From contig CATQHW010000001.1 of NCBI GenBank assembly GCA_958296075.1, forward strand, positions 913,752 to 977,751: 64,000 nucleotides of DNA. Direction: 5' to 3'. The DNA comes from an uncultured Spirochaetia bacterium (GTDB taxonomy: Bacteria; Spirochaetota; Spirochaetia; SZUA-6; Bin103). Shown piece by piece: positions 45,802 through 56,140 of this stretch. A program made the translations under genes and the position numbers. The notes beneath the pieces were generated by a model. That model saw only the letters and a list, made by a program, of their open reading frames with translations. It was not told the DNA's origin and did not search any database. Within the stretch, counting starts at the first letter, position 1, and every line of letters starts with the position of its first letter.

Positions 45802-46785
45802 TCAGTCGATGCGGAACAGTCGGCAGGCGTTTCCGGCGTAGATGCGCCGCAGGTCGTCGCCGGGAAGTCCGAGCTCCTCCAGCGAGTCGATCAGGAGTCT
45901 GATCTCCACCCACGGATGGTCGCTCGCGAACAGCATTCGGCCGGCGCCGGCGACCTCGCAGGCGACGCGCAAGGCCGGCGGCCACGGCGACGCGGTGTCG
46001 AGATAGACCCGGCGGTACAGCTCGGTAGGCGACTGCGAGATGCGCTCGATGCCGCGCTTCATCACCTCGGTCTGATGGCGGATGCGGCCCCACAGGTACG
46101 GGAGCACGCCGCCGCAATGCGGCTGCACCACGCGCAGCGCGGGATGCCGCTCCAGGACGCCGCCGAGCACCAGGCGCAGCGCCGCCAAGCTGTGGTCGAC
46201 CATCAACCCCACCATCGGGATCATCGAGTGGTCGCTCAGCTCGGCCGCCCACGACGGCACGCACGGATGCAGGACCAGGGGGATGCCGAGTTGCGCGATA
46301 CGCGCATAGACCGGCTCCAGGGCGCCGCCGTCGACGGGGCCGTCGCCGGCGTGGGAGTAGAGCATGGCCCCGCGCAGGTCCAGCTCGCCGGTCGCCCGAT
46401 CCAGTTCCTCGATCGCCGCCGCCGGGTTCTGCCACGGCAGGCATGCCAAGCCGACCAGGCGCTGCGGATGGCGGGCGCACGCCTCGGCCAGCTCGTCGTT
46501 GCACACGCGCGCCGCCTCCACGGCAAGATCGCTCTCCAGCAGCTCCGGGCCGGGCATGTTCACGCTCACCACGCTGACGTCGATGCCGGCGGCGTCCATG
46601 TCGCGCAGCTTGCGCGCCACGCTGTAGTCCTCCAGGTCGAGCCGGAACGACTGCAGGCCGGCGTAGGCGACGTGGTAGAGCCCCCCTCCCCCCGTGGTCG
46701 TGGGCGATCCGGGGTTGCGCGTCAGCGCCTCGGCATACGCGGCGGGGAAAAGATGACTCTGGCAGTCGATCTTCACGGCGGCCAC
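45802..46785 (-). CDS. amidohydrolase-2 (ACMSD-like) family metal-dependent hydrolase
   Basis: KIDCQSHLFP N-terminal metal motif, TIM-barrel-like pattern, and a DHPW block near the C-terminus. GTG start. Confidence 0.8.
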   Translation of the reverse strand: MAAVKIDCQSHLFPAAYAEALTRNPGSPTTTGGGGLYHVAYAGLQSFRLDLEDYSVARKLRDMDAAGIDVSVVSVNMPGPELLESDLAVEAARVCNDELAEACARHPQRLVGLACLPWQNPAAAIEELDRATGELDLRGAMLYSHAGDGPVDGGALEPVYARIAQLGIPLVLHPCVPSWAAELSDHSMIPMVGLMVDHSLAALRLVLGGVLERHPALRVVQPHCGGVLPYLWGRIRHQTEVMKRGIERISQSPTELYRRVYLDTASPWPPALRVACEVAGAGRMLFASDHPWVEIRLLIDSLEELGLPGDDLRRIYAGNACRLFRID

Positions 46786-46937
46786 AGCGTGCCGCGCAGG
46801 CCGCGGATCGTCAACGCCGTGACGTATCTACCGAATGTATCCGGCATCGGATCTCTTCGCAAGATGATGATGAAGCGCGGCGCCGGCAGTGGTACGGCGG
46901 GGCAGGAGGCGCTACACTCCCGCGCAAGAGGCTACCA

Positions 46938-48104
46938 ATGAGTTCACTTGCCGAGCAGTATCTCGATTCCGTGCAGGCTGGGCTCACGGGCCTGGAGCGG
47001 CAGCTTCCGTCGATCGCGGCCGCCGCCACGCAGGCGGCCGAGCGCGCGTGCGCGGGCGGCCGGGTGTGGGCGCTCAGCGACGAGGAGGGGTTCGTCAGCG
47101 AACTCCAGCACCGGGCGTCCGGGCTGATGATGGTGCGCGGGCTGCCCGGCGGCGAGACGTTCGAGCTGGATGACTCCGTTTCCGCGGGAGACGTGGTGAT
47201 AGCGGCCACGCAGGACCGCGCGGCCGGGCGTCAGGGCGCGTTGCTGGAGGCGCTCGCGGAACGCGGCGCAGCGGTCGCCCTGATCGGCGCGGCCGACTCG
47301 GCGCTCCGTCCGCGGGCAGCGGCGTTCATCGACACCGGGCTGCCGGCGGGCAGCGCGCCGGTACTTTCCTATGGCGATGCGGCCATCTGTCCCCTGGCTA
47401 GTGCGCTGAACATCGCGGCCGGATGGCTCTGGTGCATTGAGCTGGCCAACGCCTGCGCGGCGCTCGGCAGGGCGCCGGTGTTCCTGATGAGCGGCGGCCT
47501 CGCCTCCGGCCGCGACCGCAACCGGCAGCACGAGGGCAAGTTCTTTCATGATCCCGGCGAGTACCGGATCGTCCCCTCGCCGGCCGGGCAGCAGGGACGC
47601 GAGCTGCTGGCGGAGTGGCTCCGTTGCCTGGCCGGTATCCGGGCGACCGAGCTGGGCAGGATCGCCGAGATCGGCGCGGTCGCCGCCGCCTGCGCGGCCA
47701 GGCACACGGTGTGGTGCGCCTCGATCGGCCATAACCTGCACGCGCAGCGCGGTCTGGACGGCGACCCGGGCTTCTTCCGGCTGCTGTTCCCGGAATGGGA
47801 CGAGAAAGCCGACCTGCAAGCCGGAGACTTCTACATCTTCAACGGCTACTACACCTTCCCGGAAGAGGAGCTGGCCGCCGCCCGCGCGACCGTCGAGCGG
47901 TCGGCTTGGATCATGGGCGGCAAGGAGATCGAGACCATCTACCCCCACCCGGGCGAGATACACGTCAACGCCTACTGGCAGTACGGCGACGCCAGCATCC
48001 GCCTGCCGGGCTACGACGTCCGGGTCGTGCCGCCATCGGGCGTCATCACCACCGCCATGCTCTGGCTCCTGCACGCGGCAGCGGCCGACCACATCCCCTC
48101 CTGA
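46938..48104 (+). CDS. hypothetical protein (388 aa)
   Basis: Clean ATG-initiated ORF with host-like codon bias. No motif recognised. Confidence 0.6.
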   Translation: MSSLAEQYLDSVQAGLTGLERQLPSIAAAATQAAERACAGGRVWALSDEEGFVSELQHRASGLMMVRGLPGGETFELDDSVSAGDVVIAATQDRAAGRQGALLEALAERGAAVALIGAADSALRPRAAAFIDTGLPAGSAPVLSYGDAAICPLASALNIAAGWLWCIELANACAALGRAPVFLMSGGLASGRDRNRQHEGKFFHDPGEYRIVPSPAGQQGRELLAEWLRCLAGIRATELGRIAEIGAVAAACAARHTVWCASIGHNLHAQRGLDGDPGFFRLLFPEWDEKADLQAGDFYIFNGYYTFPEEELAAARATVERSAWIMGGKEIETIYPHPGEIHVNAYWQYGDASIRLPGYDVRVVPPSGVITTAMLWLLHAAAADHIPS

Positions 48105-48118
48105 GACGCCGCGCGCCG

Positions 48119-51100
48119 ATGGAGCCGATCCCGCACGTCGATGTCGCCGAGGAACGGCGGATCGAGGCGCTGCTTGCCGCACCCGGAAATCACTCGTGGC
48201 CGGCGATCGACAGCGAGTCGATGGACGGCTGGGTCCCCGACCTGGGGCTGACCGGCTACGCCAACTACAGCATCTATCGCCCGCCGGCGGTGGCGGCGGC
48301 CGGTATCACCACCACCGTGCGCCACCGCTTCCGCGTGCCGCCAAGGAACCCGAAGCTGCCGGGCACCTACTACCTGGGAGCCCTCATCTACGATCAGGCA
48401 GGCGAGGAGTTCCCGATCGAGATCAGCCTGGGCTCGGAAGAGATAGGACGCGTGGAGCCGCGGCGCCACGACAACCGCCGCCACCTCATCGTCATCGACC
48501 GTCCGATCGTCTTCGACGACCGGGTGAAGTGGGTGCAGTTCGCGAGCTCGGGGCGCGGCGCATGCCGCATCGAGCGCTTCGTGCTGCTGGCGCACGCGCC
48601 GGAGCCGAGCTCGTTCGCGCCGAGCATCGAGCGCCTTCACGTGGAGGTCGCCGCCTCAGCGGACGCGGCAGCGGCCACCGTCCATTGCCTGACCTGTCCC
48701 CCGTCCACGGTCGTCGTGTCCGTTCGGGACGGAACCGGTAGCGCGGTGGTGGAGTCTGCTGCCCCGTCGACCCCGGTCGGACCGTCGAACCCCGTCGGAC
48801 CGTCGACCCTGCACGCGATCGAGCTCCCCGATCTGCCGCTCGACCGGACCTGGACCGCCCGGCTGGTTGCGACCGAACAGGATGGCGAGACCACCGAGTC
48901 GGTCTGCGAGTTCAGCACGCGACGCCCCGAGCTGCGCGGCCCGAACGCCGGGACTCATGCCGTGGAGGCGGACGTGGAGCTGTGCGACGCCGGCTCCACC
49001 TCATCCCCGGCGGGCCTGCCGCTCACCTTCGGCGTGCCGGTCCACCGGGGAGCGCTGCCCGGGGTCGGCGACGCCCGGCTGGCATGGGGGGACGGCGGTG
49101 CCGGCACGTCCGCCGCCCAGGCCCGTATCCACAGCCGCTGGCCCGATGGTTCGGCTCGCTGGGTGCTCGTCGACGCGACCGTGCCGCCCTCGCTCCGGCC
49201 CGGCGGGCGCGCGGATTGCCGCGTGCTGCTGGGCGCAGCCGGAGCCGCGCACCCGGAGGGCGGGCTCGGCGTGGAGCGCCGCGACGACGGCGCCGTCGTC
49301 GTGACGAACCAGGCGCTGCGGGTGTCGGTGCAACCGCACGCCGCGGACTGGATCGTCGTCGAGCGGTTGGGCGAGGACGACCAGGCCACCGTTGGCCGGC
49401 GGATCACCGGCGGTCCGCTGGCCGGAGCCCTGCAGGTGGCGCTGGCCGACGGCACACGGCTCGATACCACGGCGACCCCGGCCTCCGTCGAACACGCCGG
49501 ACCACTGCGGACCGCGGTCCGTTGCGATGCGATCCACCGAGACGCGGCCCGACACGCTCGGCTGCGTAGCGAACTGCGCATCCACGCGTACGCCAAGCAG
49601 CCGTTCGTGAAGATCGATCACCGGCTGGTGGTACTGCGCGCGGATCCGGCCGCCGATCCCGTATTCGAGCCCGGTGAGGATGAGGAACGCACGCTCCTCG
49701 GCGTCCGTTCCTGCGTCCTGCATCTCCCGTTCACGGCCACTGCCGCGGAGTTGGCCGGCGAGCGGTTCGAGGTCACCGGCGACCATCCGTGGCTCCTGCG
49801 CCACGAGCACGACTTGGCCCATGAGCTCCTCACCGCCGCCGGGCGGCAGCGCCGCGATGGGCGCACCCACGGCCACGTCCACGTGCGCTCGGCCACCGGT
49901 CACACGCTTGCCGTCGGCATCCGCAACTTCTGGCAGAACTATCCCAAAGGCATCGCCGTCAGCGGCGACGCCATCCGCCTGGAACTCCTGCCCGAGCTCT
50001 CCGGGCAAGAGCCGCCCGACGACGACGAGGCGTGGCAGCGGCTGTACCGGTGGCTGCGGGCCGGACGCTACCTGCTGCGCGAAGGCATGGCGCTCACCAC
50101 GGAGCTGCTCATCGGCCTGCCGCCGCCCGGGGCGAACGGCAGCGCCATCGCGCCGCTGTTCGACTGGCTGGAGACGCCGGTCGCGGCCCGCCCGGGCGTG
50201 GCCTACGTCAACGCGACCGGGGCACTGCCGCGGCTCGCCGCCAAGGACGGCTCAACGCAGCCGCGCTACGAGCGATTCGCCGCGGACGCGCTGCGCCTCT
50301 TCCACGAAGACCGCGAGCGCTGGCGCGCCTACGGTCACGTGAACTTCGGCGACTGGTACGGCGAGGGCGATTGGAGCTGGGGCAACAATGAATACGACAC
50401 CCCCTACTGCGCCTACTGGGAGTTCCTGCGCGGCGGCGACCCGGGCTGGGCCGCGTGGGGAGCGCAGGCGGCCCGGCACCTGGCCGACGTCGATACCGTC
50501 AACGCCTTCCACGATCCACGCCACGTGGGGCTGCAGGCGCTGCACATGCCCGCCCATCTGGGCGGCTATCTGCCGCCCTGCTTCCGCAGCAAGGTTCCCG
50601 GCACGCGCGGCGTCCCGTCGCACATGTGGGCCGAGGGCCCGCTGCTCCACTACCTGCTGACCGGCGACGAGGGCGTGCGCGACTCGCTGCTGCGATCGGC
50701 CGGCTGGCTCCTGCAGCCCGAGCGGTTGGACCACTACGAGTTCAGCGCCGTGCGCGAGGCCGGCTGGCACCTGATCCACCTGACCATGCTGGCGGCGGTC
50801 ACCGGCGACCGCCGCGCCGCGAACGGCGCCGCCATCGTCGTCCGCCGCATCCTGGAAAAGCAGGACGATTCGGGCGGCTGGACTCGGATGCTCACCTCCG
50901 GCCACTGCTGGTGCGGCTACCCGCACTGCCGCGGCAACATCGCCTTCATGGTCACCGTGCTGCTGTCGGCCCTGAAACGCTACCACGACCTGACGCACGA
51001 CGCGCGGGTAGCCGGCGCCATCCTCGCCGGCGGGCGCTGGCTGGTCCGCGAGACGTTCAACGAGAAGACCGGCCTGTTCATCGGCGGAAGCTGCACGACG

Positions 51101-51382
51101 ATGCAGCGCGTCTCGGAGGGCGAGGCATTCGGCACCCAGATCGTCATCGAAGGCGTGGCCGACGCGTTCGCGGTCTCCGCAGATCCCGAGATCGGCCGCT
51201 GCCTGGAACGCGCCTTGCCGGCGATCGGCGCGCTACCCGACCTGCAGGGCCACCGCGACCTCGGCAAACGCCTTTCCAGCCAGATGCGCTACGTACCGAC
51301 GGTGCTCGCCGCACTCGAAGAGTCCCGCGCCGAGCACCCGGGGCAACCCGACTATGACTGGTCAGGCACCTCGGCGACGTAG
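48119..51382 (+). CDS. large (~1,087 aa) putative polysaccharide-degrading protein, paralog of 57157..60453
   Basis: Colinear with 57157..60453. Shared blocks include RRDNRRHLIV, SSFAP, HSRWPDGSARW, NNEYD(T/S)P(Y/W)C and LLTGD. The C-terminal third resembles an alpha/alpha-toroid glycan enzyme (tentative). Confidence 0.65.
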   Translation: MEPIPHVDVAEERRIEALLAAPGNHSWPAIDSESMDGWVPDLGLTGYANYSIYRPPAVAAAGITTTVRHRFRVPPRNPKLPGTYYLGALIYDQAGEEFPIEISLGSEEIGRVEPRRHDNRRHLIVIDRPIVFDDRVKWVQFASSGRGACRIERFVLLAHAPEPSSFAPSIERLHVEVAASADAAAATVHCLTCPPSTVVVSVRDGTGSAVVESAAPSTPVGPSNPVGPSTLHAIELPDLPLDRTWTARLVATEQDGETTESVCEFSTRRPELRGPNAGTHAVEADVELCDAGSTSSPAGLPLTFGVPVHRGALPGVGDARLAWGDGGAGTSAAQARIHSRWPDGSARWVLVDATVPPSLRPGGRADCRVLLGAAGAAHPEGGLGVERRDDGAVVVTNQALRVSVQPHAADWIVVERLGEDDQATVGRRITGGPLAGALQVALADGTRLDTTATPASVEHAGPLRTAVRCDAIHRDAARHARLRSELRIHAYAKQPFVKIDHRLVVLRADPAADPVFEPGEDEERTLLGVRSCVLHLPFTATAAELAGERFEVTGDHPWLLRHEHDLAHELLTAAGRQRRDGRTHGHVHVRSATGHTLAVGIRNFWQNYPKGIAVSGDAIRLELLPELSGQEPPDDDEAWQRLYRWLRAGRYLLREGMALTTELLIGLPPPGANGSAIAPLFDWLETPVAARPGVAYVNATGALPRLAAKDGSTQPRYERFAADALRLFHEDRERWRAYGHVNFGDWYGEGDWSWGNNEYDTPYCAYWEFLRGGDPGWAAWGAQAARHLADVDTVNAFHDPRHVGLQALHMPAHLGGYLPPCFRSKVPGTRGVPSHMWAEGPLLHYLLTGDEGVRDSLLRSAGWLLQPERLDHYEFSAVREAGWHLIHLTMLAAVTGDRRAANGAAIVVRRILEKQDDSGGWTRMLTSGHCWCGYPHCRGNIAFMVTVLLSALKRYHDLTHDARVAGAILAGGRWLVRETFNEKTGLFIGGSCTTMQRVSEGEAFGTQIVIEGVADAFAVSADPEIGRCLERALPAIGALPDLQGHRDLGKRLSSQMRYVPTVLAALEESRAEHPGQPDYDWSGTSAT

Positions 51383-52446
51383 ACCTGGGCGAAGCCGCCG
51401 CGGTCGCTGGTGAAGACCACCTGCCGGCCGTCCGGAGAGAACGCCGGGTGCGGGTGGGTGTGCTGGGGGGCGTACACGGTCGTAGGTCCGTCGTCGTACG
51501 GGCAGTGGTCGGTGTTCCAGTGCGCCCCCTCGTTGCTGGCCTCCGACGCGCACAGCGGCTGCGGCTCGCCCACGCCGTCGGCGGCGTCGAACAGCATCAG
51601 TCCGTCGTCCGGGTAGGTGGTGTCGCTCACCAGCTTCGATCCGTCGCGGCTGATGGCGGCGTGCCAGGCGTTGAAGGAACAGACGCGGCGCACCGCACCG
51701 GTGTCCACGTCGATGCCGATCATGCCGTGCGGCCACCGGGTGGTGACGATCTCGCGCGTGCCCGGACGCCACGTCTCGTGCACGACCCACTCTTTGGCGG
51801 CGGCGTCCCGTTCGTAGGCCAGCCGGTGGTCGCTGCCGTCCCGCCGCGCCACCCAGATACGCGCGTGGTAGGGACCGGCGTAGCGCAGCCACTCGGCGTC
51901 GTCGGGATGGAACTCCGGGTGGCCGATGCTGTCCGCCTCCAGCACGTAGTCGGCGGCGCCGCTGCCGGTATCGACCACCAGCATGCGGGAGCGCTCCCCG
52001 AAGCTCACCGGAACCGCCCACCAGCGGTCGTCGCGGCTGACCGTGGTCGTCCCCATGGCCGCTCCGACGTGACCGTCGATCCCGATGCGGCCGTCGTCGA
52101 ACGAGAAGAGCTGCTCCTCCCGCCGCGTCCCGACGTCGACCCGCCAGCCGCCGCCGGCGTCGGTGAAGTAGACGTAGCGCCCGTCGTGGGAGGGGTGGAC
52201 CGACCACTCCGCCAGCCGGTCGTGCTCGGTGAGCTGCGCCAGCGTCCCGTCCTGCTGCCGCTCGACGAAGATCTCCGGCCGCCCGCTGCGGTGCGAGACG
52301 AACACCACGTGACGCATGGCGTCATCCATGGGCGGCAGGTAGTAGAACGGATGATGGTTGATCGACGGGTGGTCGGTTACCTGACGGACGCGCGCGCCCG
52401 TATGCGGGTCGGTGCGCGCGCGCCCTTCCGGCGGGTACTCACCCAC
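51352..52446 (-). CDS. oligogalacturonate lyase-like (PL22-like) beta-propeller protein
   Basis: N-terminus ...DPHTGARVRQVTDHPSINHHPFYY...FVSHRSGRPEIFV...LTE follows the Ogl/TolB-like pattern. Its 3' end overlaps the convergent gene by 31 nt. Confidence 0.6.
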   Translation of the reverse strand: MGEYPPEGRARTDPHTGARVRQVTDHPSINHHPFYYLPPMDDAMRHVVFVSHRSGRPEIFVERQQDGTLAQLTEHDRLAEWSVHPSHDGRYVYFTDAGGGWRVDVGTRREEQLFSFDDGRIGIDGHVGAAMGTTTVSRDDRWWAVPVSFGERSRMLVVDTGSGAADYVLEADSIGHPEFHPDDAEWLRYAGPYHARIWVARRDGSDHRLAYERDAAAKEWVVHETWRPGTREIVTTRWPHGMIGIDVDTGAVRRVCSFNAWHAAISRDGSKLVSDTTYPDDGLMLFDAADGVGEPQPLCASEASNEGAHWNTDHCPYDDGPTTVYAPQHTHPHPAFSPDGRQVVFTSDRGGFAQVYVAEVPDQS

Positions 52447-52462
52447 GCCTGGACGACTCCGG

Positions 52463-53356
52463 TCAATCGGCGTGGAAGATGGAGAACATCATCCGTCGCG
52501 CGTGGCTGGCGATGGCGGTATCGTAGTTCGCCCAATCGCTGTACTGATCGAGCTGGATCGATCCCGGAAGGGAATCGATCACCCCGAACACCGCGAACGG
52601 ACCGCCTTCGTCCCGAGCCTGCTTCAGTTGCTGGAACACCGCTTCGTAGAGGTCGTTGTAGTACTGGGCGTTGTCGCGCAGAACCTGAGGATCGGTCGAA
52701 ACGGAATGGGCGGTGAGCGCGTGCTCCAGGTCCCATTCGCTGATGGTGTTCAGAATCTTGCGGGTTCCCGTGTAGTTCTTGTCATCGACCCAGGCGGCGC
52801 CCGTGAGCGCCTGGTCTTCGTACATGTCGGAGGTCAGGACGATCTTCTCGCCAGGCAGATAGACGACCGTGGTCGCATCGCCGTCGCCAGGACCCAGGTA
52901 ATGGAGCTCCACGGCCGTGTCGCCGACCATGATCCTCATGAAGTCGGTGAAGGTCTCGTCGACCTCCGGCACGTCGTCGAATGGCGCGTCGGCCAAGTCG
53001 AATATCGGCTGGCAGTTGACGTGGCAGTACACCGTGGCGTCGGGGAACAGACTGGTGCCGCCGACGTGATCGTAATGCTCGTGCGTCATGACGATGTGGG
53101 AAATCGGATGGTCCGTGAGCGTGGCGACGTAATCCCGCAGCATCGGCGCCCGTAGATCGTTCGCCGGCTCGGTCACCAGCACGTCCTGTCCCGAAACGAC
53201 GACGAGGCTGCCGTACCCCATCGCGGACCAGTAATACACGCCGTCGGCAAGCTGGTTGGCAACCGGAGCGGGCATCTGCTGCGCGTATGCGCCGACCGTT
53301 GCGGCACACGCCGCCGCCAGCAGCGTCGCCGTCCGTCTGAGGCCCTTTGACATCAT
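52463..53356 (-). CDS. secreted MBL-fold metallo-hydrolase
   Basis: HEHYDHVGG (HxHxDH) motif and signal peptide MMSKGLRRTATLLAAACAATVGAYA. AGGAGGA SD. Confidence 0.85.
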   Translation of the reverse strand: MMSKGLRRTATLLAAACAATVGAYAQQMPAPVANQLADGVYYWSAMGYGSLVVVSGQDVLVTEPANDLRAPMLRDYVATLTDHPISHIVMTHEHYDHVGGTSLFPDATVYCHVNCQPIFDLADAPFDDVPEVDETFTDFMRIMVGDTAVELHYLGPGDGDATTVVYLPGEKIVLTSDMYEDQALTGAAWVDDKNYTGTRKILNTISEWDLEHALTAHSVSTDPQVLRDNAQYYNDLYEAVFQQLKQARDEGGPFAVFGVIDSLPGSIQLDQYSDWANYDTAIASHARRMMFSIFHAD

Positions 53357-53553
53357 GGTGTTCCTCCTGTGGTCCCCGGCGCAACGCTCCTCGCGGGACG
53401 CCCGGACCAGCATCTCGTTCACCATGGTAAGCGACCCAGGCACGCCGGTCAACGTCCCCCGCGTCACGGGCCGGGGGATGGCGGGTGGCGACCGGCGGTT
53501 GAAGCGCGGCTCCGGACCGCGGTGGTCCGGAGCCGCTGGAACAGCCTGCGTCG

Positions 53554-55131
53554 TCAGTTCAGGAACTGGGACAGCGGCTGCAAGTGCGGGACCCCCTCGA
53601 CCAAGTTGTCCTGCTTGAGTTGCTCGTACTCCTCGAGCCCGGCCCGCTTCAGCTCGGCGAGGTATTCATCCCACTGGGAGTCTACGTCCGCCTGACCGGT
53701 CGCGAACCTGGCCCGCCACTCGCTGATGACCGGCCCGATCTGCGCGCGCAGGTCGTTGTGGCGCTGGCGGTCGCGGTCGTCCGCGAACGCGATCACGTCG
53801 CGGGTCTCCAGGAAGGCGCGGTCCGCCACGCGTCGATCCATGTCCGCCAGCGTCTGGTAGAGGGCGTTGGACGACACGCGGCCGACGTCCGGCATCATCC
53901 GGAACGCGGCCTCACCGATGAAATCGGGATCCTTGGTCGGCAGCGCGCGGCCGATGCCTTCGGCATCGAAGTCCCAGCCGACTCCTTGCTTGCCCCAGCC
54001 GCCGGTATGGTGGCCGCTGGCGTCCGGCTGGTACACCCAGTTGAGCAGCCGCATGGCGGCGTCTTCGTCCGCCACGGTGGCGCTGACCGACAGACCGCTG
54101 TCCTCGAAGCCGCCGCGGGTGTTGGTGACGCACGACGGCACCACCCGGTCACCGGGTTGGACCGTGATCGGGTCCAGGAAGCCGACGATCTCGTGATAGC
54201 GCGCCGCATACGCCTTGGCGGCGGCTTCGGACGTGCTGGAGGCGGCGTGGTCCTCGGCGGTGATGCCGCGCTCGGCCATGAAGGCGCCGATGCGCCCCGG
54301 CATCGAGAACGCGCCGAAGCCGTACTCGAACGCCACCCGGCCGGCGTTGTACGCCTGCTTGAGCTGCTCCTCGCTGCCGGTGATCCACTCCTGATCGATC
54401 AGCCCGTCCCGGTAGAGACCGGCCAGATAACGGAGCATGTCGCGGTAGGCATCGGTGGCCTCCTCGACCTGGCCCATGGGCGTGAACTTGATCCCGAACA
54501 TCTCGTTGAACCACATCAGGGTGGCCCAGGCTGCGCGGGTCATGATCGGGATCATGTCCGGAAACTCCGCCTTGATCGCCATGGTCACCTCGCGCAGTTC
54601 GTCGGTGGTGGTCGGCGGTTCCATGCCGACGGCCTCCAGCACGTCCACGCGATAGGTGGCGGCGTTGCAGATGCCGTTGTAGCCGAAGCGCGGCGCCATC
54701 CAGAACTCGCCGGTGCCGTCGCCGAACAGACCGGAGTGCGCGGCGATGTCGAGGCCGCGCATCTCGATGGCCTGCCACAGGTTGGGCACCTTCTCCATGG
54801 TGACGTCGCGGAGCGGCATCAGGAACCCGTCGTAGCCCAGCGGACGCACGGTCGAGTCGATGATCCGACCCATGACGTCGGGCATGTCGCCGGCGGCGGC
54901 CGCGAGCTGCAGCTTGTCGCCGTAGGACTCCTCCGGAATCCCGGTGACGTCGAGCTGCACCTGCGCCTCCTCCAGGACGATGGCGTAGATCGCCGCATCC
55001 GAGGTCAGGTTCGGGTTGTCGGTCCAGTAGACCAGCGTCGGCGCGGCCGCGGAACCCTCCTCCTCGCCGGTCGCAAAGGCTCCCGCTGCGACCAGCGCGA
55101 GCATCGTGGGGATGAGAATCAGTCTCTTCAT
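53554..55131 (-). CDS. extracellular solute-binding protein of a sugar ABC transporter (LplA-like)
   Basis: Signal peptide MKRLILIPTMLALVAAGAFA, ~525 aa, located upstream of two permease genes. GAGGAAGG SD. Confidence 0.8.
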   Translation of the reverse strand: MKRLILIPTMLALVAAGAFATGEEEGSAAAPTLVYWTDNPNLTSDAAIYAIVLEEAQVQLDVTGIPEESYGDKLQLAAAAGDMPDVMGRIIDSTVRPLGYDGFLMPLRDVTMEKVPNLWQAIEMRGLDIAAHSGLFGDGTGEFWMAPRFGYNGICNAATYRVDVLEAVGMEPPTTTDELREVTMAIKAEFPDMIPIMTRAAWATLMWFNEMFGIKFTPMGQVEEATDAYRDMLRYLAGLYRDGLIDQEWITGSEEQLKQAYNAGRVAFEYGFGAFSMPGRIGAFMAERGITAEDHAASSTSEAAAKAYAARYHEIVGFLDPITVQPGDRVVPSCVTNTRGGFEDSGLSVSATVADEDAAMRLLNWVYQPDASGHHTGGWGKQGVGWDFDAEGIGRALPTKDPDFIGEAAFRMMPDVGRVSSNALYQTLADMDRRVADRAFLETRDVIAFADDRDRQRHNDLRAQIGPVISEWRARFATGQADVDSQWDEYLAELKRAGLEEYEQLKQDNLVEGVPHLQPLSQFLN

Positions 55132-55225
55132 CCTGCCTTCCTCTGCTTCACCCTCTCCGGGTGAAGCGTAGTGTGGCGCCTCCCTTTGACAAAGGGCCGG
55201 CCGCGCACGCGCGACCGCGGCGCCG

Positions 55226-56116
55226 TCATTCCTTGAGTGATCCGATCATCACTCCCTGTACCAGGTATCGTTGCACGAACGGATAGACGACCAGCATCGG
55301 GATGATCGATACGAACACCGTCGCGTAGCGAAAATTCTGCGTGTAGGCGGCGAACTTCGCCTCCCGCTCCGCGTCGAACACGTCGCCGCTCAGCTCCGCG
55401 CGCTTGAGCACCACCTCCTGCAGCACGATCTCCCGCACGATCATCGTCAGCGGATACTTCTCCGCATCGTTGAGGTAGATCAGCGCGTTGAAGTAGCTGT
55501 TCCAGTGGCCCAGGGCGTAGAACAGGCCGATCGCGGCCAAGCCCGCCTTGGAGAGGGGCAGGACGATGCTGGCCAGGATCCGCCACCGTCCGGCGCCGTC
55601 CAGGAACGCCGACTCTTCCAGGTCCCCGGGAATCGACTGGAAGAAGGTGCGCAGGATGATCATGTTGTAGGCCGCGATCGCGCCCGGGATGAGCAGCGCC
55701 CACATGGTGTTGACCATACCCAGCGCCCGCACCAGCAGATAGGTGGGGATCAGGCCGCCGGAGAAGAACATGGTGAACACGATCAGGAGCATCACGAACT
55801 TGCTGCCCACCAAGCCCTTCTTGGACAGCGGGTAGGCGCACAGGCAGGTCATGACCAGGTTGATGGCCGTGCCCACCGTCACGTAGATCAGCGAGTTGCG
55901 ATAGCCGACGCCGATCATCGGGTGGTCGAGGATGAACTCGTAGGCGCTCAGGTCGAAGGAGCGCGGCAGCCAGGTGATGCCGCGCGCCACCTCGTTCGGG
56001 TGACTCAGGGAGATGGAGAACACGTTGATGACCGGGTACAAGGTCACGGCGCCGGTCACGAACAGCACCGCGATGACCAGCAGGTCGAACCCCTCGATCC
56101 GACGTACGCCTACCAT
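55226..56116 (-). CDS. carbohydrate ABC transporter permease (LplC-like)
   Basis: Multi-TM protein with an EAA-loop-like block ESAFLDGAGRWRI and C-terminal VVYPFVQRYLVQGVMIGSLKE. Confidence 0.9.
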   Translation of the reverse strand: MVGVRRIEGFDLLVIAVLFVTGAVTLYPVINVFSISLSHPNEVARGITWLPRSFDLSAYEFILDHPMIGVGYRNSLIYVTVGTAINLVMTCLCAYPLSKKGLVGSKFVMLLIVFTMFFSGGLIPTYLLVRALGMVNTMWALLIPGAIAAYNMIILRTFFQSIPGDLEESAFLDGAGRWRILASIVLPLSKAGLAAIGLFYALGHWNSYFNALIYLNDAEKYPLTMIVREIVLQEVVLKRAELSGDVFDAEREAKFAAYTQNFRYATVFVSIIPMLVVYPFVQRYLVQGVMIGSLKE

Positions 56117-56140
56117 TCGGTTCCTACCATAGGCCAGTTC

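Noticed and set aside
39744-46504. Very long minus-strand ORFs opposite brxHII, pglZ and the trailing gene (39744..42599, 42476..44632, 44711..46504).
   Set aside because: Antisense shadow ORFs. The plus-strand frames carry complete helicase and PglZ motifs.
51352-51382. 31-nt overlap of the convergent 3' ends of 48119..51382 and 51352..52446.
   Set aside because: Both C-termini look protein-like. This is probably a genuine small convergent overlap and not a feature of interest.
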